Assembly (NCBI GenBank): GCA_965206955.1
Contig: OZ242252.1
Location: forward strand, 3,187,394-3,251,393
DNA length: 64,000 nt
DNA from: Candidatus Foliamicus sp.
Lineage (GTDB): Bacteria > Pseudomonadota > Gammaproteobacteria > Steroidobacterales > Foliamicaceae
Direction of reading: 5' to 3'
Shown: positions 45,703 to 54,788 of the stretch, one piece after another
Numbering within the stretch: the first letter of the stretch is position 1
How the letters are laid out: each line of letters starts with the position of its first letter
Notes under the pieces: model-generated
Told to the model about the DNA's origin: nothing
The model's input: only the letters and a program-made list of their open reading frames with translations
The model's database searches: none
Translations under genes and position numbers: made by a program

Positions 45703-45758
45703 GGGAGCGAGGGGGTTTCGTTTTCGTCGAGGGCAGGATGCCCTCGTTCCCAGGGGGG
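45703..45758. repeat. REP-like element (family copy 10, partly degenerate)
   Basis: gggagcgagggggtttcgttttcgtcgagggcaggatgccctcgttccc. Confidence 0.75.
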
Positions 45759-45784
45759 AGGGTGGCCTTGTTTCCTTTGGGCTG

Positions 45785-45961
45785 CTAGAAGCGGTAGCTT
45801 ACGCGGAAGTAGGTAAACCCGCCGTTGTAGTCGTACGGCGAACTTGCCGGCTGTGCATTTCCCTGCCCCAGCGCCTCCTCCTGAACCGCGTCAGGCGATA
45901 CGTCGAAAAGGTTCTGCACTCCCGCTGTGGCCGTGTAGCCGCCGGTAGTCGAAATCAGCGC
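45785..45961 (-). pseudogene. TonB-dependent receptor C-terminal remnant
   Basis: ...YTATAGVQNLFD...YNGGFTYFRVSYRF* is a typical terminal beta-strand ending in aromatic-x-F. There is no upstream barrel, and it abuts or overlaps the MFS stop at 45955. Confidence 0.5.
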
Positions 45962-47271
45962 GCCTGCGGCAACGGTATTCCGTACTCGCGGAGGGTGGCC
46001 TGAAGGGTGGGACGGCCTATCCGGATGCGGCTGTCGTTCAGGAGATAGGAAAAGACGTAGCCGGCGCCCAGCATCATGACGCCGATGAGAAAACAATACA
46101 GGACCGCTCGATCGGGATAGACGTCCTTCAGATACCCAACATAGACCGGCCCCGCAATACCCGCTGCCGCCCAGGCGGTAAGGACGGCGCCGTAAATGGC
46201 CGACATCTTTTTCGGGCCGAATACGTCAAGCACAAAGGACGGCATGGTGGCGAACCCGCCGCCGAAACATAGCAGCACGTAGCACACCAGCGCCGAGAAC
46301 ACCCAAGGGTTGGTCTCGGTCATCAGAATGCCGAATACCACCATCTGGCTGGCCAGCAGGATGCGGAACACGGCCACCCGGCCAATCCGGTCTGACAGCA
46401 GGCCCCAGAACAGGCGCCCCACGCCATTGCACAAGGAACTGATCGCGATCAGCGTTGCCCCGTACTCCGCCAGTATCGCCGGTTCGAGCGACGAGTCCGA
46501 CAACCCCCACACCTCCTGCAGCAACTCCGACTGAAAGCTGATGACGGATATGCCCGCGGCGATGTTAAAAAAGAACACGATCCAGAGGATGACGAACGAG
46601 GAAGACTTGAGGTAGGGCCAGACCGACTCCGGCTGAGCACTCAGGGTGGGCGCCGCTATGGGCTGGGCCGACGCGGCTGACGCGGACTCCGGCGGATTCC
46701 TGAGGAACAGGCTGCAGGGAATCAGCACGCACGCGAATATCACACCCAGCCAAAGGAATACCAGTGCCAGCTCGTGGCCGGTGCGAACCACCAGGAATGG
46801 CGCCAGACCCTTGCTCAGCAGGAAGGCGCCCACACCGAATCCCATGACCACAATTCCGGTAACCAGTCCCTTGCGGTCCGGAAACCACTTCGCGACCGTG
46901 GCCACAGGCGTTACGTATCCCATCCCGATACCCGCACCTCCGATTACGCCGTAGCCCAGGTAGAACAAAGGTATCGACTCGAAATGCAGCGCGGCGCTTG
47001 CAACCATGTAGCCGCCGGCAAACAGGACGCTGCCGATCAGTGCAAGCCGCCGGGGCCCATAGCGCGGAAGCGCCTGTCCGGCCCACGCCGCCGATACTCC
47101 CAGCGTAAAGATCGTGATGCTGAAAGCCCAGGCCGACTGGGTAAATGTCCACCCCGCCTGCCGGACCAGGATTGTCTGGAAAAAGCTCCACGCATACACC
47201 GTGCCAAAGCACACCTGCAAGGTGGTGCATAAGACCGCAATAACGCTGCGTGGTAAGCGCGGGACGCTCAT
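45955..47271 (-). CDS. MFS transporter (oxalate/formate antiporter-like)
   Basis: 438 aa, about 12 TM. GQALPRYGPRR and LSDRIGR loop motifs. Confidence 0.85.
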   Translation of the reverse strand: MSVPRLPRSVIAVLCTTLQVCFGTVYAWSFFQTILVRQAGWTFTQSAWAFSITIFTLGVSAAWAGQALPRYGPRRLALIGSVLFAGGYMVASAALHFESIPLFYLGYGVIGGAGIGMGYVTPVATVAKWFPDRKGLVTGIVVMGFGVGAFLLSKGLAPFLVVRTGHELALVFLWLGVIFACVLIPCSLFLRNPPESASAASAQPIAAPTLSAQPESVWPYLKSSSFVILWIVFFFNIAAGISVISFQSELLQEVWGLSDSSLEPAILAEYGATLIAISSLCNGVGRLFWGLLSDRIGRVAVFRILLASQMVVFGILMTETNPWVFSALVCYVLLCFGGGFATMPSFVLDVFGPKKMSAIYGAVLTAWAAAGIAGPVYVGYLKDVYPDRAVLYCFLIGVMMLGAGYVFSYLLNDSRIRIGRPTLQATLREYGIPLPQAR

Positions 47272-47274
47272 TTC

Positions 47275-48012
47275 CTACGGCTGAGGCGCAGCGCTCAGCG
47301 ATCCGGGTGACCGCCCGTTTCGGGCCACATGGAGGAAAAGGCGGGCGAGATGGCCCGCTTCATCGTCACGGGCAAGGATTTCCCTGTCGGCCAGCGCTTC
47401 CTCGCTTCCATCGCGGGCGAGATCGACAGCGTAGGCCAGCAAATCGCCCAGCGGTTTCGCCGCCAGGTTGACCAGCCAGATGGATGCCAGCACGCCGATC
47501 ACCAGTATGACCGACACCAGGTAGATCTGCTGGCCGATCGCCCGGGTGATCTTCAGCGAGACCACATCCAGATCCATGCCGACATGCACGGTTCCCGCCA
47601 CGCCTGCCAGGATCGGGCTGCCAACCTCCACGAAATTGCCCAGGCCCGGCAGTGCTCGATCGATGGGTTCGGTGCTGCGGTGATCGCCGGCGAGAATCTC
47701 GTCGGGAATGCCCGGAACGAACGTGTGCGCGAGGTATTCCCCATTCTCGCTGGTGATGTAGATGTATTCGATGCCCTGAATCTCGATGAACTGGTCAACC
47801 AGCGACTGCAGGGTCGCCATGTCCCGGTTCAGCAGGATGTCCACGCTGGAGTCGGCCACTGTCTTGGCGATGTTGCGGTTGTTGGTCTCGTATTCCGCCG
47901 AGAGTTCGGTGTCCACCGTGTACAGACACAGTGCTGACGTGGACAGCACGATGCCGCCGAACACGGCGAAGATGCCGAAGCGCGTTCGCTGAAAGAGTTT
48001 TTGAATCTTCAT
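47275..48012 (-). CDS. Membrane sensor protein: TM, periplasmic domain, TM, HAMP, with no output domain
   Basis: From the ATG at 48012: MKIQKLF..FGIFAVFGGIVL (TM1), about 150-aa extracytoplasmic region, YLVSVILVIGVLASIWLV (TM2), then HAMP-like AAKPLGDLLAYAVDLARDG...DEAGHLARLF. Ends 3 nt before the MFS start. Confidence 0.6.
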   Translation of the reverse strand: MKIQKLFQRTRFGIFAVFGGIVLSTSALCLYTVDTELSAEYETNNRNIAKTVADSSVDILLNRDMATLQSLVDQFIEIQGIEYIYITSENGEYLAHTFVPGIPDEILAGDHRSTEPIDRALPGLGNFVEVGSPILAGVAGTVHVGMDLDVVSLKITRAIGQQIYLVSVILVIGVLASIWLVNLAAKPLGDLLAYAVDLARDGSEEALADREILARDDEAGHLARLFLHVARNGRSPGSLSAAPQP

Positions 48013-48013
48013 A

Positions 48014-49324
48014 TCATGAAAACCTGGCTTGCCAGTCCTCCAGGGGCACGATGCGCCCCTCTTCCACCACGGTGTAGTAGACGGTTTGCAATCCTTGGCG
48101 CCGGTCCGGCCCGAACGAAACCTGCTCGCCCACGCCGAGATCGAAATCCCTGACGGAAAACACCGCTTCCTCCAGCTTGCCGCGATCGATCTCGCCGTCA
48201 AGGCGGCGAAGTATTTCGGCCAGCAGCTTGGCGTTGAGAAACCCCTCCAGGCTGCCGAAACTGTGCGGGAAAGGAGCGTATTCTTCCTTGATCAATTCCT
48301 GCGGCAGCTGGGGATCGTATCGCTCCATCAGCTCGCGATACTCCCTCACGGCGGGAAGCGACAGATCCTCGTAACTTGGAACCACCTGCGAGTTAACCAG
48401 ATGCCGGGTGTACGGCTCGCTGTCCTCGCGCCCCTCGGTAAGCAGCTTGAGCATGTTCTCGCTACCTACGAATGAGAGATTCGCGATCGGAACCTCAAGA
48501 CCCTGGTCCACCGCGTCCCGGGCAAAGGCGGCGCAGGCCGCGTACGAACCAATACAGATCACGGCATCCGGCGAGGCGTTCTTGAGAATGTCCACCTGCC
48601 GGCGCATGCTGCCGGTAAACGGGGCGCCTCGGCTGTAGGTGGCTTCGCCGGCAATCCGATCGCCGTGTCCGGCAAGCGCCGCCCGGACTCCCGCCCAGCC
48701 GCTGCGGCCATATGCATCCGCCTGATAAAAGACCGCGATGCGCGGTTTTCCGATAGCAACGAAATTGTTCACCAGGCCTGCGGTTTCCTGTCCGTAAGAA
48801 GCCCTTAGATTGAACGCGAAATCACCGTACGGCGGCTGCCTTTGCGGCTGCGCGCCGGTAAACGGAAAGAACATGTAGATGTTCTCATCCTGAAACTTCT
48901 TCAACAGCGGCAACACGCGAGTGACAGTCGGCGTTCCCACGTAGCCGAACAGCAGAAACACCTCGTCCTCCAGCATCAGCTTCATGGTGTTCTCGACACA
49001 CGGGTCCGGCTGGTAGCCGTCGTCATATATCTTCAGCACGATTCGGCGCCCGCCTATCCCGCCGTTTGCGTTGATATGGCTGAAGTAGGCGCTCGCGCCG
49101 CGATAGAGCTCGGTTCCCAATCCGCGCGAAGGTCCGGAAAACGCCGCGGATACCCCAAGCATGATCTCGCCATTCGTCGCAAGTTCATTCGCTGGGGGAT
49201 CGGCTGACGCGGACTCGTCAGGCGCACCCAGCCAGGACCGTCCCGACACGCCCAGCGCTCTTGCCATGGGGGCCAACAAGATTGCCGCCAGCCCGGCCCG
49301 GAGCAAGGTCTTCCTGGTAATCAT
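48014..49324 (-). CDS. Periplasmic substrate-binding protein (LivK/Peripla_BP_6-like)
   Basis: From the ATG at 49324: MITRKTLLRAGLAAILLAPMARA signal, then GVSAAFSGPSRGLGTELYRGA...YDDGYQP. The upstream part of the track ORF is Arg-rich and implausible. Confidence 0.8.
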   Translation of the reverse strand: MITRKTLLRAGLAAILLAPMARALGVSGRSWLGAPDESASADPPANELATNGEIMLGVSAAFSGPSRGLGTELYRGASAYFSHINANGGIGGRRIVLKIYDDGYQPDPCVENTMKLMLEDEVFLLFGYVGTPTVTRVLPLLKKFQDENIYMFFPFTGAQPQRQPPYGDFAFNLRASYGQETAGLVNNFVAIGKPRIAVFYQADAYGRSGWAGVRAALAGHGDRIAGEATYSRGAPFTGSMRRQVDILKNASPDAVICIGSYAACAAFARDAVDQGLEVPIANLSFVGSENMLKLLTEGREDSEPYTRHLVNSQVVPSYEDLSLPAVREYRELMERYDPQLPQELIKEEYAPFPHSFGSLEGFLNAKLLAEILRRLDGEIDRGKLEEAVFSVRDFDLGVGEQVSFGPDRRQGLQTVYYTVVEEGRIVPLEDWQARFS

Positions 49325-49487
49325 GATTTCGTCCCGGCGCCGTACCTGAGCCCGCCCGCCGGAATTCCTCCGGAGCCCATGCCCTGCCCCTCTGTTCTTT
49401 CTCAATTGATAGTATCCAGCCCGCAATTGCCGGTCAATCGCAAGACCTGGACCTTCAGGCGCCAATGGCGAGTCGAGGCCAACCGTA

Positions 49488-50006
49488 TTACGGTTTCGAT
49501 TCTTTGGCCGGCGCCTCTTGGGCCCGCGCCGCCAGGCGTTCCTGAAGAAACTGCTCAGCCTCGATAAGGCGCCTGGCATCCGGGTTGATGCGTTTGGCTT
49601 GCTCAATATCCTCGGCAGCCCGCTTCATGCGTCCTGTCAGCACATGCAACACTGCGCGGTTGGAATACGCCTGCCAGTTGTTTTTCTTCAAACGGAGAGC
49701 TTCGTCGCAGCGCTCAAGGGCCTGCTGGAATTTGCCGGCCAGCACGTAACCCGCGCACAGATTGTTGTGCGCCGAGGAGCGCGTGCGTGCGCTGTGGGCC
49801 TTGCCGGCCGGTGCGCGAAGGCCGGCCAGCGTCAGGCGGATGCCTTCCTCATAGTCGCCAAGGCGAAGCGCCACGGCGCCGTCGGAAAGATTCGGATCGG
49901 CGCCGAACACTGACTGGGAACGAGAGTTTTGCGCCAGTCCCGGCTGGACGGTACACAGCATGGCACACAGCAAGAATGTGACACAGGCACTTAGCTTTCG
50001 GACCAT
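49488..50006 (-). CDS. Secreted TPR-repeat protein
   Basis: Signal peptide MVRKLSACVTFLLCAMLCTVQPGLA. TPR-like A..N.G..Y...G.....A......A helices. Confidence 0.7.
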   Translation of the reverse strand: MVRKLSACVTFLLCAMLCTVQPGLAQNSRSQSVFGADPNLSDGAVALRLGDYEEGIRLTLAGLRAPAGKAHSARTRSSAHNNLCAGYVLAGKFQQALERCDEALRLKKNNWQAYSNRAVLHVLTGRMKRAAEDIEQAKRINPDARRLIEAEQFLQERLAARAQEAPAKESKP

Positions 50007-50015
50007 AGTTGCCTC

Positions 50016-51503
50016 TCAGGCCGCCCTTGGATAGATCTCCGAAAGCAAGCGGCTTAGACCGTCGGGTTGCACGATGCGGCAATGTTCGCGCCGCAGCAGG
50101 CGCGGCTCGGCCACGCCGCAGGAATGAGCAATGATCTTCAGCTCTTCCTCGATGCGTTGCTGGTAGTTGGCTACGCTCACCGCCTTCGACTGCGGATTGA
50201 GGCCACGCTGAAGGCGACGGTTATGCGTGGTGATGCCCGTGGGACAGGTGTTCTTGTTGCAGCGCATTGCCTGAATACATCCCAGCGCAAACATGAACCC
50301 GCGCGCGGACACAGCGAAGTCTGCGCCTGCGCAAAGCGCCCAGGCCACTTCCGAAGGCGTAATCAACTTGCCGCTGGACACCACCCGAATACGTTCGCGC
50401 AAACCATGGCGATTCAGAGCATCCACCAGCATGACCAGGCTCTCCCTGAGCAGCATGCCCACGTTGTCGATCAGCGGCATGGGCGCCGCGCCGGTACCGC
50501 CGTCGCCCGAATCCACGGTGATGAAGTCCGGGGCACTGTCCGGTCCGCGCTTGTTGATCAGCTCAAACAGCTCGTCCAGCCACCGCGGATTGCCGATCAC
50601 GGCCTTGTATCCGGTGGGTTTGCCGCCGATGGCGCGTACCCGGGCAATCAGGTCCAGCAATTCCCCGCTATTGCGCACTTCCCGGTGGCGATTGGGACTG
50701 ATGGCGTCGTGACCGGGCCGGATGCCCCGGATGCGAGCGATTTCTTCCGTCACCTTCGCACCCGGCAGAATCCCGCCCTTGCCCGGCTTGGCCCCCTGGC
50801 TGAGCTTGATCTCGATCATCTTGACTTGAGGATTCGAGCCGACCTCTCTTAAGCGTTCTTCGCTCAGGGCGCCGTCTGGAGTGCGCACGCCGTTCTTCGC
50901 CGTGCCGAATTGAAACACGACGTCGTTGCCGGCCTCGAGGTGCCACGGAGAGAGTCCGCCCTCTCCCGTGTTCATCCAGCATCCAGCCACCGCGGCGCCC
51001 TTGCCCAGCGCCATGACCGCAGGTTTGGAGATAGCGCCGAAGCTCATGGCCGATATGTGAAAGATCCGGTTCGTGGTGTATGGGTTCGGGCCATCCTTGC
51101 CTACCGTCACATGGGACGTGTCCTGGCACTCTTCCTCCAGCAAGCCGAACGGTGCATTGGCGAAAATGGCCGTGCCGGCCCAGCGCATTTCCCGCGTCGA
51201 CCCGAAGGCCACGGTCATGGGCATGGAACTCGACGCCCGGTCCACCCAGTTGCGCTGGGCGCGGTTAAAGGGCAGTTCCTCGCGGTCCATGGCGAACATG
51301 TACTGCCGCATGAACTCGCCCAGGGTCTCGAACATGTGGCGGAACCGCCCGATAACCGGGTAGTTGCGGCGGACTGCATTGGCGGTTTGTGAAAGGTCCA
51401 CCACCAGCATGATGACCAGCACGAGAAGCACCGTGCCCGCTGCAAGCAGGAACAAAAAGGTAAAGAGTTCAACGGCTCGATCTGCGTAGCTGAGCATGTT
51501 CAC
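50016..51503 (-). CDS. FMN-binding glutamate synthase family protein (GltB domain-2-like, membrane anchored)
   Basis: N-terminal TM. ISAMSFGAIS, EGGLSP, IKLSQGAKPGKGG, TVDSGDGGTGAAP motifs. Confidence 0.85.
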   Translation of the reverse strand: MNMLSYADRAVELFTFLFLLAAGTVLLVLVIMLVVDLSQTANAVRRNYPVIGRFRHMFETLGEFMRQYMFAMDREELPFNRAQRNWVDRASSSMPMTVAFGSTREMRWAGTAIFANAPFGLLEEECQDTSHVTVGKDGPNPYTTNRIFHISAMSFGAISKPAVMALGKGAAVAGCWMNTGEGGLSPWHLEAGNDVVFQFGTAKNGVRTPDGALSEERLREVGSNPQVKMIEIKLSQGAKPGKGGILPGAKVTEEIARIRGIRPGHDAISPNRHREVRNSGELLDLIARVRAIGGKPTGYKAVIGNPRWLDELFELINKRGPDSAPDFITVDSGDGGTGAAPMPLIDNVGMLLRESLVMLVDALNRHGLRERIRVVSSGKLITPSEVAWALCAGADFAVSARGFMFALGCIQAMRCNKNTCPTGITTHNRRLQRGLNPQSKAVSVANYQQRIEEELKIIAHSCGVAEPRLLRREHCRIVQPDGLSRLLSEIYPRAA

Positions 51504-51691
51504 TCCCGGTTAGTCGCCGCCCGCAGCAGCGAGCGGCATGGTGGGCCCGGCATCCATCTTTTTACGGTATCAATTGGTTTCATACGGCCTTGCGAGTCGC
51601 AGAAACCCATTGATAAAAAAGGGGTTTTTTGGTGGCATGCCATGGACCCAATTTCTCCAGTTTACCGCAATAGATGATAACGAGGGTAATA

Positions 51692-51796
51692 ATGGTGCAA
51701 CGTCCCGAAAAGCTGTCGTCCCGCTTCGTCAGATCCGTTACCGAGCTCGGCCGCTACACAGACGGCAGAGGCGGGTTCGGCCTAAGTATATTGGTA
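51692..51796 (+). pseudogene. P4-type tyrosine integrase N-terminal (DUF4102 arm-binding) fragment, truncated by IS21
   Basis: MVQRPEKLSSRFVRSVTELGRYTDGRGGFGLSILV (35 codons) ends exactly at the IS21 left end. The sequence after the IS does not continue the integrase. Confidence 0.6.
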
Positions 51797-51982
51797 TGCG
51801 TATTCCAAGCGAAAGTTGCCACCCGTTCTAATTGAAAGTTGCCGGTTGTTCTAATCGGAAGTTGCCACCCGTTCTAATCGAAGTTTGCCACTGATTCCAA
51901 GGCAAAGTTGCCACCCTGGGGCGTTACGACGCGGATGACGGACTGAGTACCCTGCTGCTTTTCCAATACGGGAGGCGGTCAG

Positions 51983-53521
51983 ATGCCGAGGTTGAGATCA
52001 TCCATGCGACAAATCAGAGAAGTCTTACGTCAGAAGTGGGAGTTGGGGTTCAGCGTGCGGCGGATCGCGCTGAGTTGCGGCTTAAGCCGTCCGGCGGTGT
52101 CGAACTATCTTCGCCGCGCCGAGGCGAGCGGGTTGTCGTGGCCGTTACCGGCGTCGCTGGACGATGCACAGTTGGAGCGGCGGCTGTTTCCGCCACCACC
52201 CCCGTCGCGAGTGCCGCGGCCCAAGCCGGATTGGACGGCGGTGCATCGGGAGCTCAAGCGCAAGGGAGTGACGCTGCAACTGTTGTGGGACGAATACAAG
52301 GCGGCGAACCCGAAGGGATATCAATACAGCACGTTCTGTTTGCACTACCGGCGCTGGCGCAGTCGGCTGGACGTAGTGATGCGCCAGGATCATCGCGCCG
52401 GTGAGAAGTTGTTCGTCGACTACGCCGGGCAGACCGCGTCGGTGATCGACCGGTCCAGCGGCGAGGTTCGGCCCGCGCAGTTGTTCGTTGCGGTGATGGG
52501 GGCGTCCAACTACACCTATGCGGAGGCGACCTGGTCGCAACGCCTGGAGGACTGGATCGGCTCCCACGTGCGTGCCATGGCGTACCTGGGCGCGGCGCCG
52601 CAGATCGTGGTGCCCGACAATCTGAAGTCCGGCGTGCACCTGGCGCACCGTTACGAACCGCAAATCAACCGCACCTATCAGGAGTGGGCCGAGCATTACG
52701 GGGTGGCGATCCTGCCGGCGCGCCCACGCCGCCCGCGGGACAAGGCCAAGGTGGAGGCCGGCGTGCTCATCGCCGAACGCTGGATCCTGGCGCGGCTGCG
52801 CGACCGCCAAGTGTTCTCTCTGGCCGAACTCAACGCGGCGATCGCTACGTGGCTGGAGCCGCTCAATACGCGAGCGTTCAAGAAGTTGTCTGGCTGTCGC
52901 CGAGAGCTGTTCGAGTCGCTGGATCGTCCCGCGATGCGGCCGTTGCCGGGGCGACCCTACGAGTACGCCGAGTGGAAGACGGTGCGGGTGCACATCGATT
53001 ACCACGTCGAAATCGAGCTCCACCATTACTCCGTGCCCTATCCGCTGGTCAAGCAGCAGCTTGCGGCGCGGGTGAGCGCGCACACCGTGGAGTTGTTGCA
53101 CAAGGGCCGGCGGATCGCCAGTCACCGGCGCTCGCATCGGCCCGGCGGCCACACCACGGTGGCCGAACACATGCCCAAGGCGCATCGGGCCTATGCCGAA
53201 TGGACGCCGCAACGCCTGGTCCGCTGGGCCGAGAACAGCGGAGTGTCCACTGCCGCGCTGGTGCAGCAGATCCTGGCTACGCGGGTTCATCCGCAACAGG
53301 GCTTCCGCAGTTGCCTGGGCCTCATGCGGTTGGGCAAACGCTACGGCGACAAGCGCCTGGAAGCGGCCTGTCGGCGCGCCCTGGCGCTAGGCGCCTGCGC
53401 CTACAAGAGCGTCGAGTCGATCTTGAAAAACGGCCTGGACCGCAAACCCCTGCCACCGGCCAGCCCCGAAGCCCCGGTCATCGACCACCGCAACTTGCGC
53501 GGTCCGGATTATTACCACTGA
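51983..53521 (+). CDS. istA: IS21-family transposase IstA
   Basis: 512 aa. HTH N-terminus (SVRRIALSCGLSRPAVSNYL), DDE core (FVDYAG...VPDNLKSGV...). Followed by istB. Confidence 0.9.
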   Translation: MPRLRSSMRQIREVLRQKWELGFSVRRIALSCGLSRPAVSNYLRRAEASGLSWPLPASLDDAQLERRLFPPPPPSRVPRPKPDWTAVHRELKRKGVTLQLLWDEYKAANPKGYQYSTFCLHYRRWRSRLDVVMRQDHRAGEKLFVDYAGQTASVIDRSSGEVRPAQLFVAVMGASNYTYAEATWSQRLEDWIGSHVRAMAYLGAAPQIVVPDNLKSGVHLAHRYEPQINRTYQEWAEHYGVAILPARPRRPRDKAKVEAGVLIAERWILARLRDRQVFSLAELNAAIATWLEPLNTRAFKKLSGCRRELFESLDRPAMRPLPGRPYEYAEWKTVRVHIDYHVEIELHHYSVPYPLVKQQLAARVSAHTVELLHKGRRIASHRRSHRPGGHTTVAEHMPKAHRAYAEWTPQRLVRWAENSGVSTAALVQQILATRVHPQQGFRSCLGLMRLGKRYGDKRLEAACRRALALGACAYKSVESILKNGLDRKPLPPASPEAPVIDHRNLRGPDYYH

Positions 53522-53541
53522 CCTACAAGGAGAACCCTCTC

Positions 53542-54300
53542 ATGCTCTATCACCCCACCGTTAAACGACTCGCCGAGTTACGCCTGACCGGCATGCGCGC
53601 CGCGCTGCTGAATCAACAGGCCATGACCAACATCGAGGAGTTGAGCTTCGAGGAACGGCTCGGGCTGCTGCTCGACCACGAAGCCACCTTCCGTGATGAG
53701 CGACGGCTGAAATACCGGTTGCGCAATGCCCGGCTGCGCCAACCCGCCGTGATCGAGGACCTCGACTACCGCCATCCGCGAGGACTGGACAAGGCGCTGA
53801 TGAATCGGCTCATTACCGGACAGTGGATCAAAAAGCGTCTCAACCTACTCATCACCGGACCCACCGGCACCGGCAAGACGTGGATCGCCTGCGCGCTGGG
53901 TAATAAAGCCTGCCGCGATGGCTTCACCGTCCAATACCATCGCCTGTCGAAGCTGTTCGATGAACTCGGCTATGCGCACGGGGATGGCCGCTATCCGAAG
54001 GTCATGAAGAAACTCGCCCGAACCGATGTCCTGGCACTGGACGACTGGGGACTTGCGAAACTCACCGCGCCCCAGCGCCGCGATCTGCTCGACATCCTCG
54101 AAGACCGCCACGAGCGCCGCTCCACCGTGGTGACCAGCCAGTTACCGATCGAACACTGGCACAAAATGATCGGCGAACCCACCCACGCCGACGCCATTCT
54201 CGACCGGCTGGTGCACAATGCCTATCGCATCGCGCTGAAGGGAGAATCCATGCGGAAAGTCAACGCCAAAGGAGGAAGATCACTGAAAGCCCAGTCATAA
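53542..54300 (+). CDS. istB: IS21-family helper ATPase IstB
   Basis: LLITGPTGTGKTWIACALG (Walker A) and VLALDDWG (Walker B). Start at ATG 53542 after GGAGAA. Confidence 0.9.
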   Translation: MLYHPTVKRLAELRLTGMRAALLNQQAMTNIEELSFEERLGLLLDHEATFRDERRLKYRLRNARLRQPAVIEDLDYRHPRGLDKALMNRLITGQWIKKRLNLLITGPTGTGKTWIACALGNKACRDGFTVQYHRLSKLFDELGYAHGDGRYPKVMKKLARTDVLALDDWGLAKLTAPQRRDLLDILEDRHERRSTVVTSQLPIEHWHKMIGEPTHADAILDRLVHNAYRIALKGESMRKVNAKGGRSLKAQS

Positions 54301-54788
54301 TATCCAAACCGCGTTGCTACGCTCCGACAGGGTGGCAACTTTACCTGGATCAGGTGGCAGCTTTGGCTTGGAACAAGTGGCAGCTTTGAAATGGACCAGG
54401 TGGCAACATTAAGTGGAATACCCAAGCCTGATCTTGAATCCAGTTTCTGGAGAATCTAGCGACAAGATGATTCAGTCGAAAACTCTTTGTTCATAGTGCC
54501 CCTGTAGCACTATCCGCCTCCCTGTGCTACATTCGGAAACGTAAGCAATTTGCAGAACCCCTATTCTAATAACTAATCATTTCAATCATTACATACAATT
54601 GACGAAGAATGTGCGGCTTGCAGCCCGCAGTGTGAACTGAGGTACTGACGGTGCCTCGCATTTGGCTCTACCAGCAATGACGTTAGCCATCTGAACGCGA
54701 TTAGGTTTTCCGCCAATTAGCACAGCGGCAAGAAAGCAGCCGTTTGCGGTATTGGACAGCGCGGCTGTCCATCACTAAGTCTTTCTTT

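Larger units (their letters stand above)
51797..54424 (+). mobile_element. IS21-family insertion sequence (complete: multiple terminal repeats, istA, istB)
   Basis: Left end is tgcgtattccaagcgaaagttgccaccc. The reverse complement of the right end is tgggtattccacttaatgttgccacc. Both ends carry iterated gttgccac / gtggcaac subterminal repeats (51815-51920 and 54330-54410). Confidence 0.85.

Noticed and set aside
51504-51691. Expected tRNA or att site upstream of the P4-type integrase fragment. The string tggtgggcccggc looked like the complement of a tRNA 3' end.
   Set aside because: No T-arm or other tRNA structure follows. The region contains only a weak hairpin (aaaccc...gggttt) followed by a T-run.
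6582-53296. Many long antisense or off-frame ORFs typical of high-GC DNA, for example 6582-7553, 7573-8952, 10496-11368, 13009-13932, 28392-29528, 30667-31854, 35486-36742, 38295-39527, 41554-42978, 43723-45129, 47329-47937, 50067-50852, 52145-53296 and 52684-53541.
   Set aside because: Each overlaps a gene with strong family motifs on the other strand or frame. Their translations are Arg/Gly/Pro/Ala-rich with no recognisable motifs.
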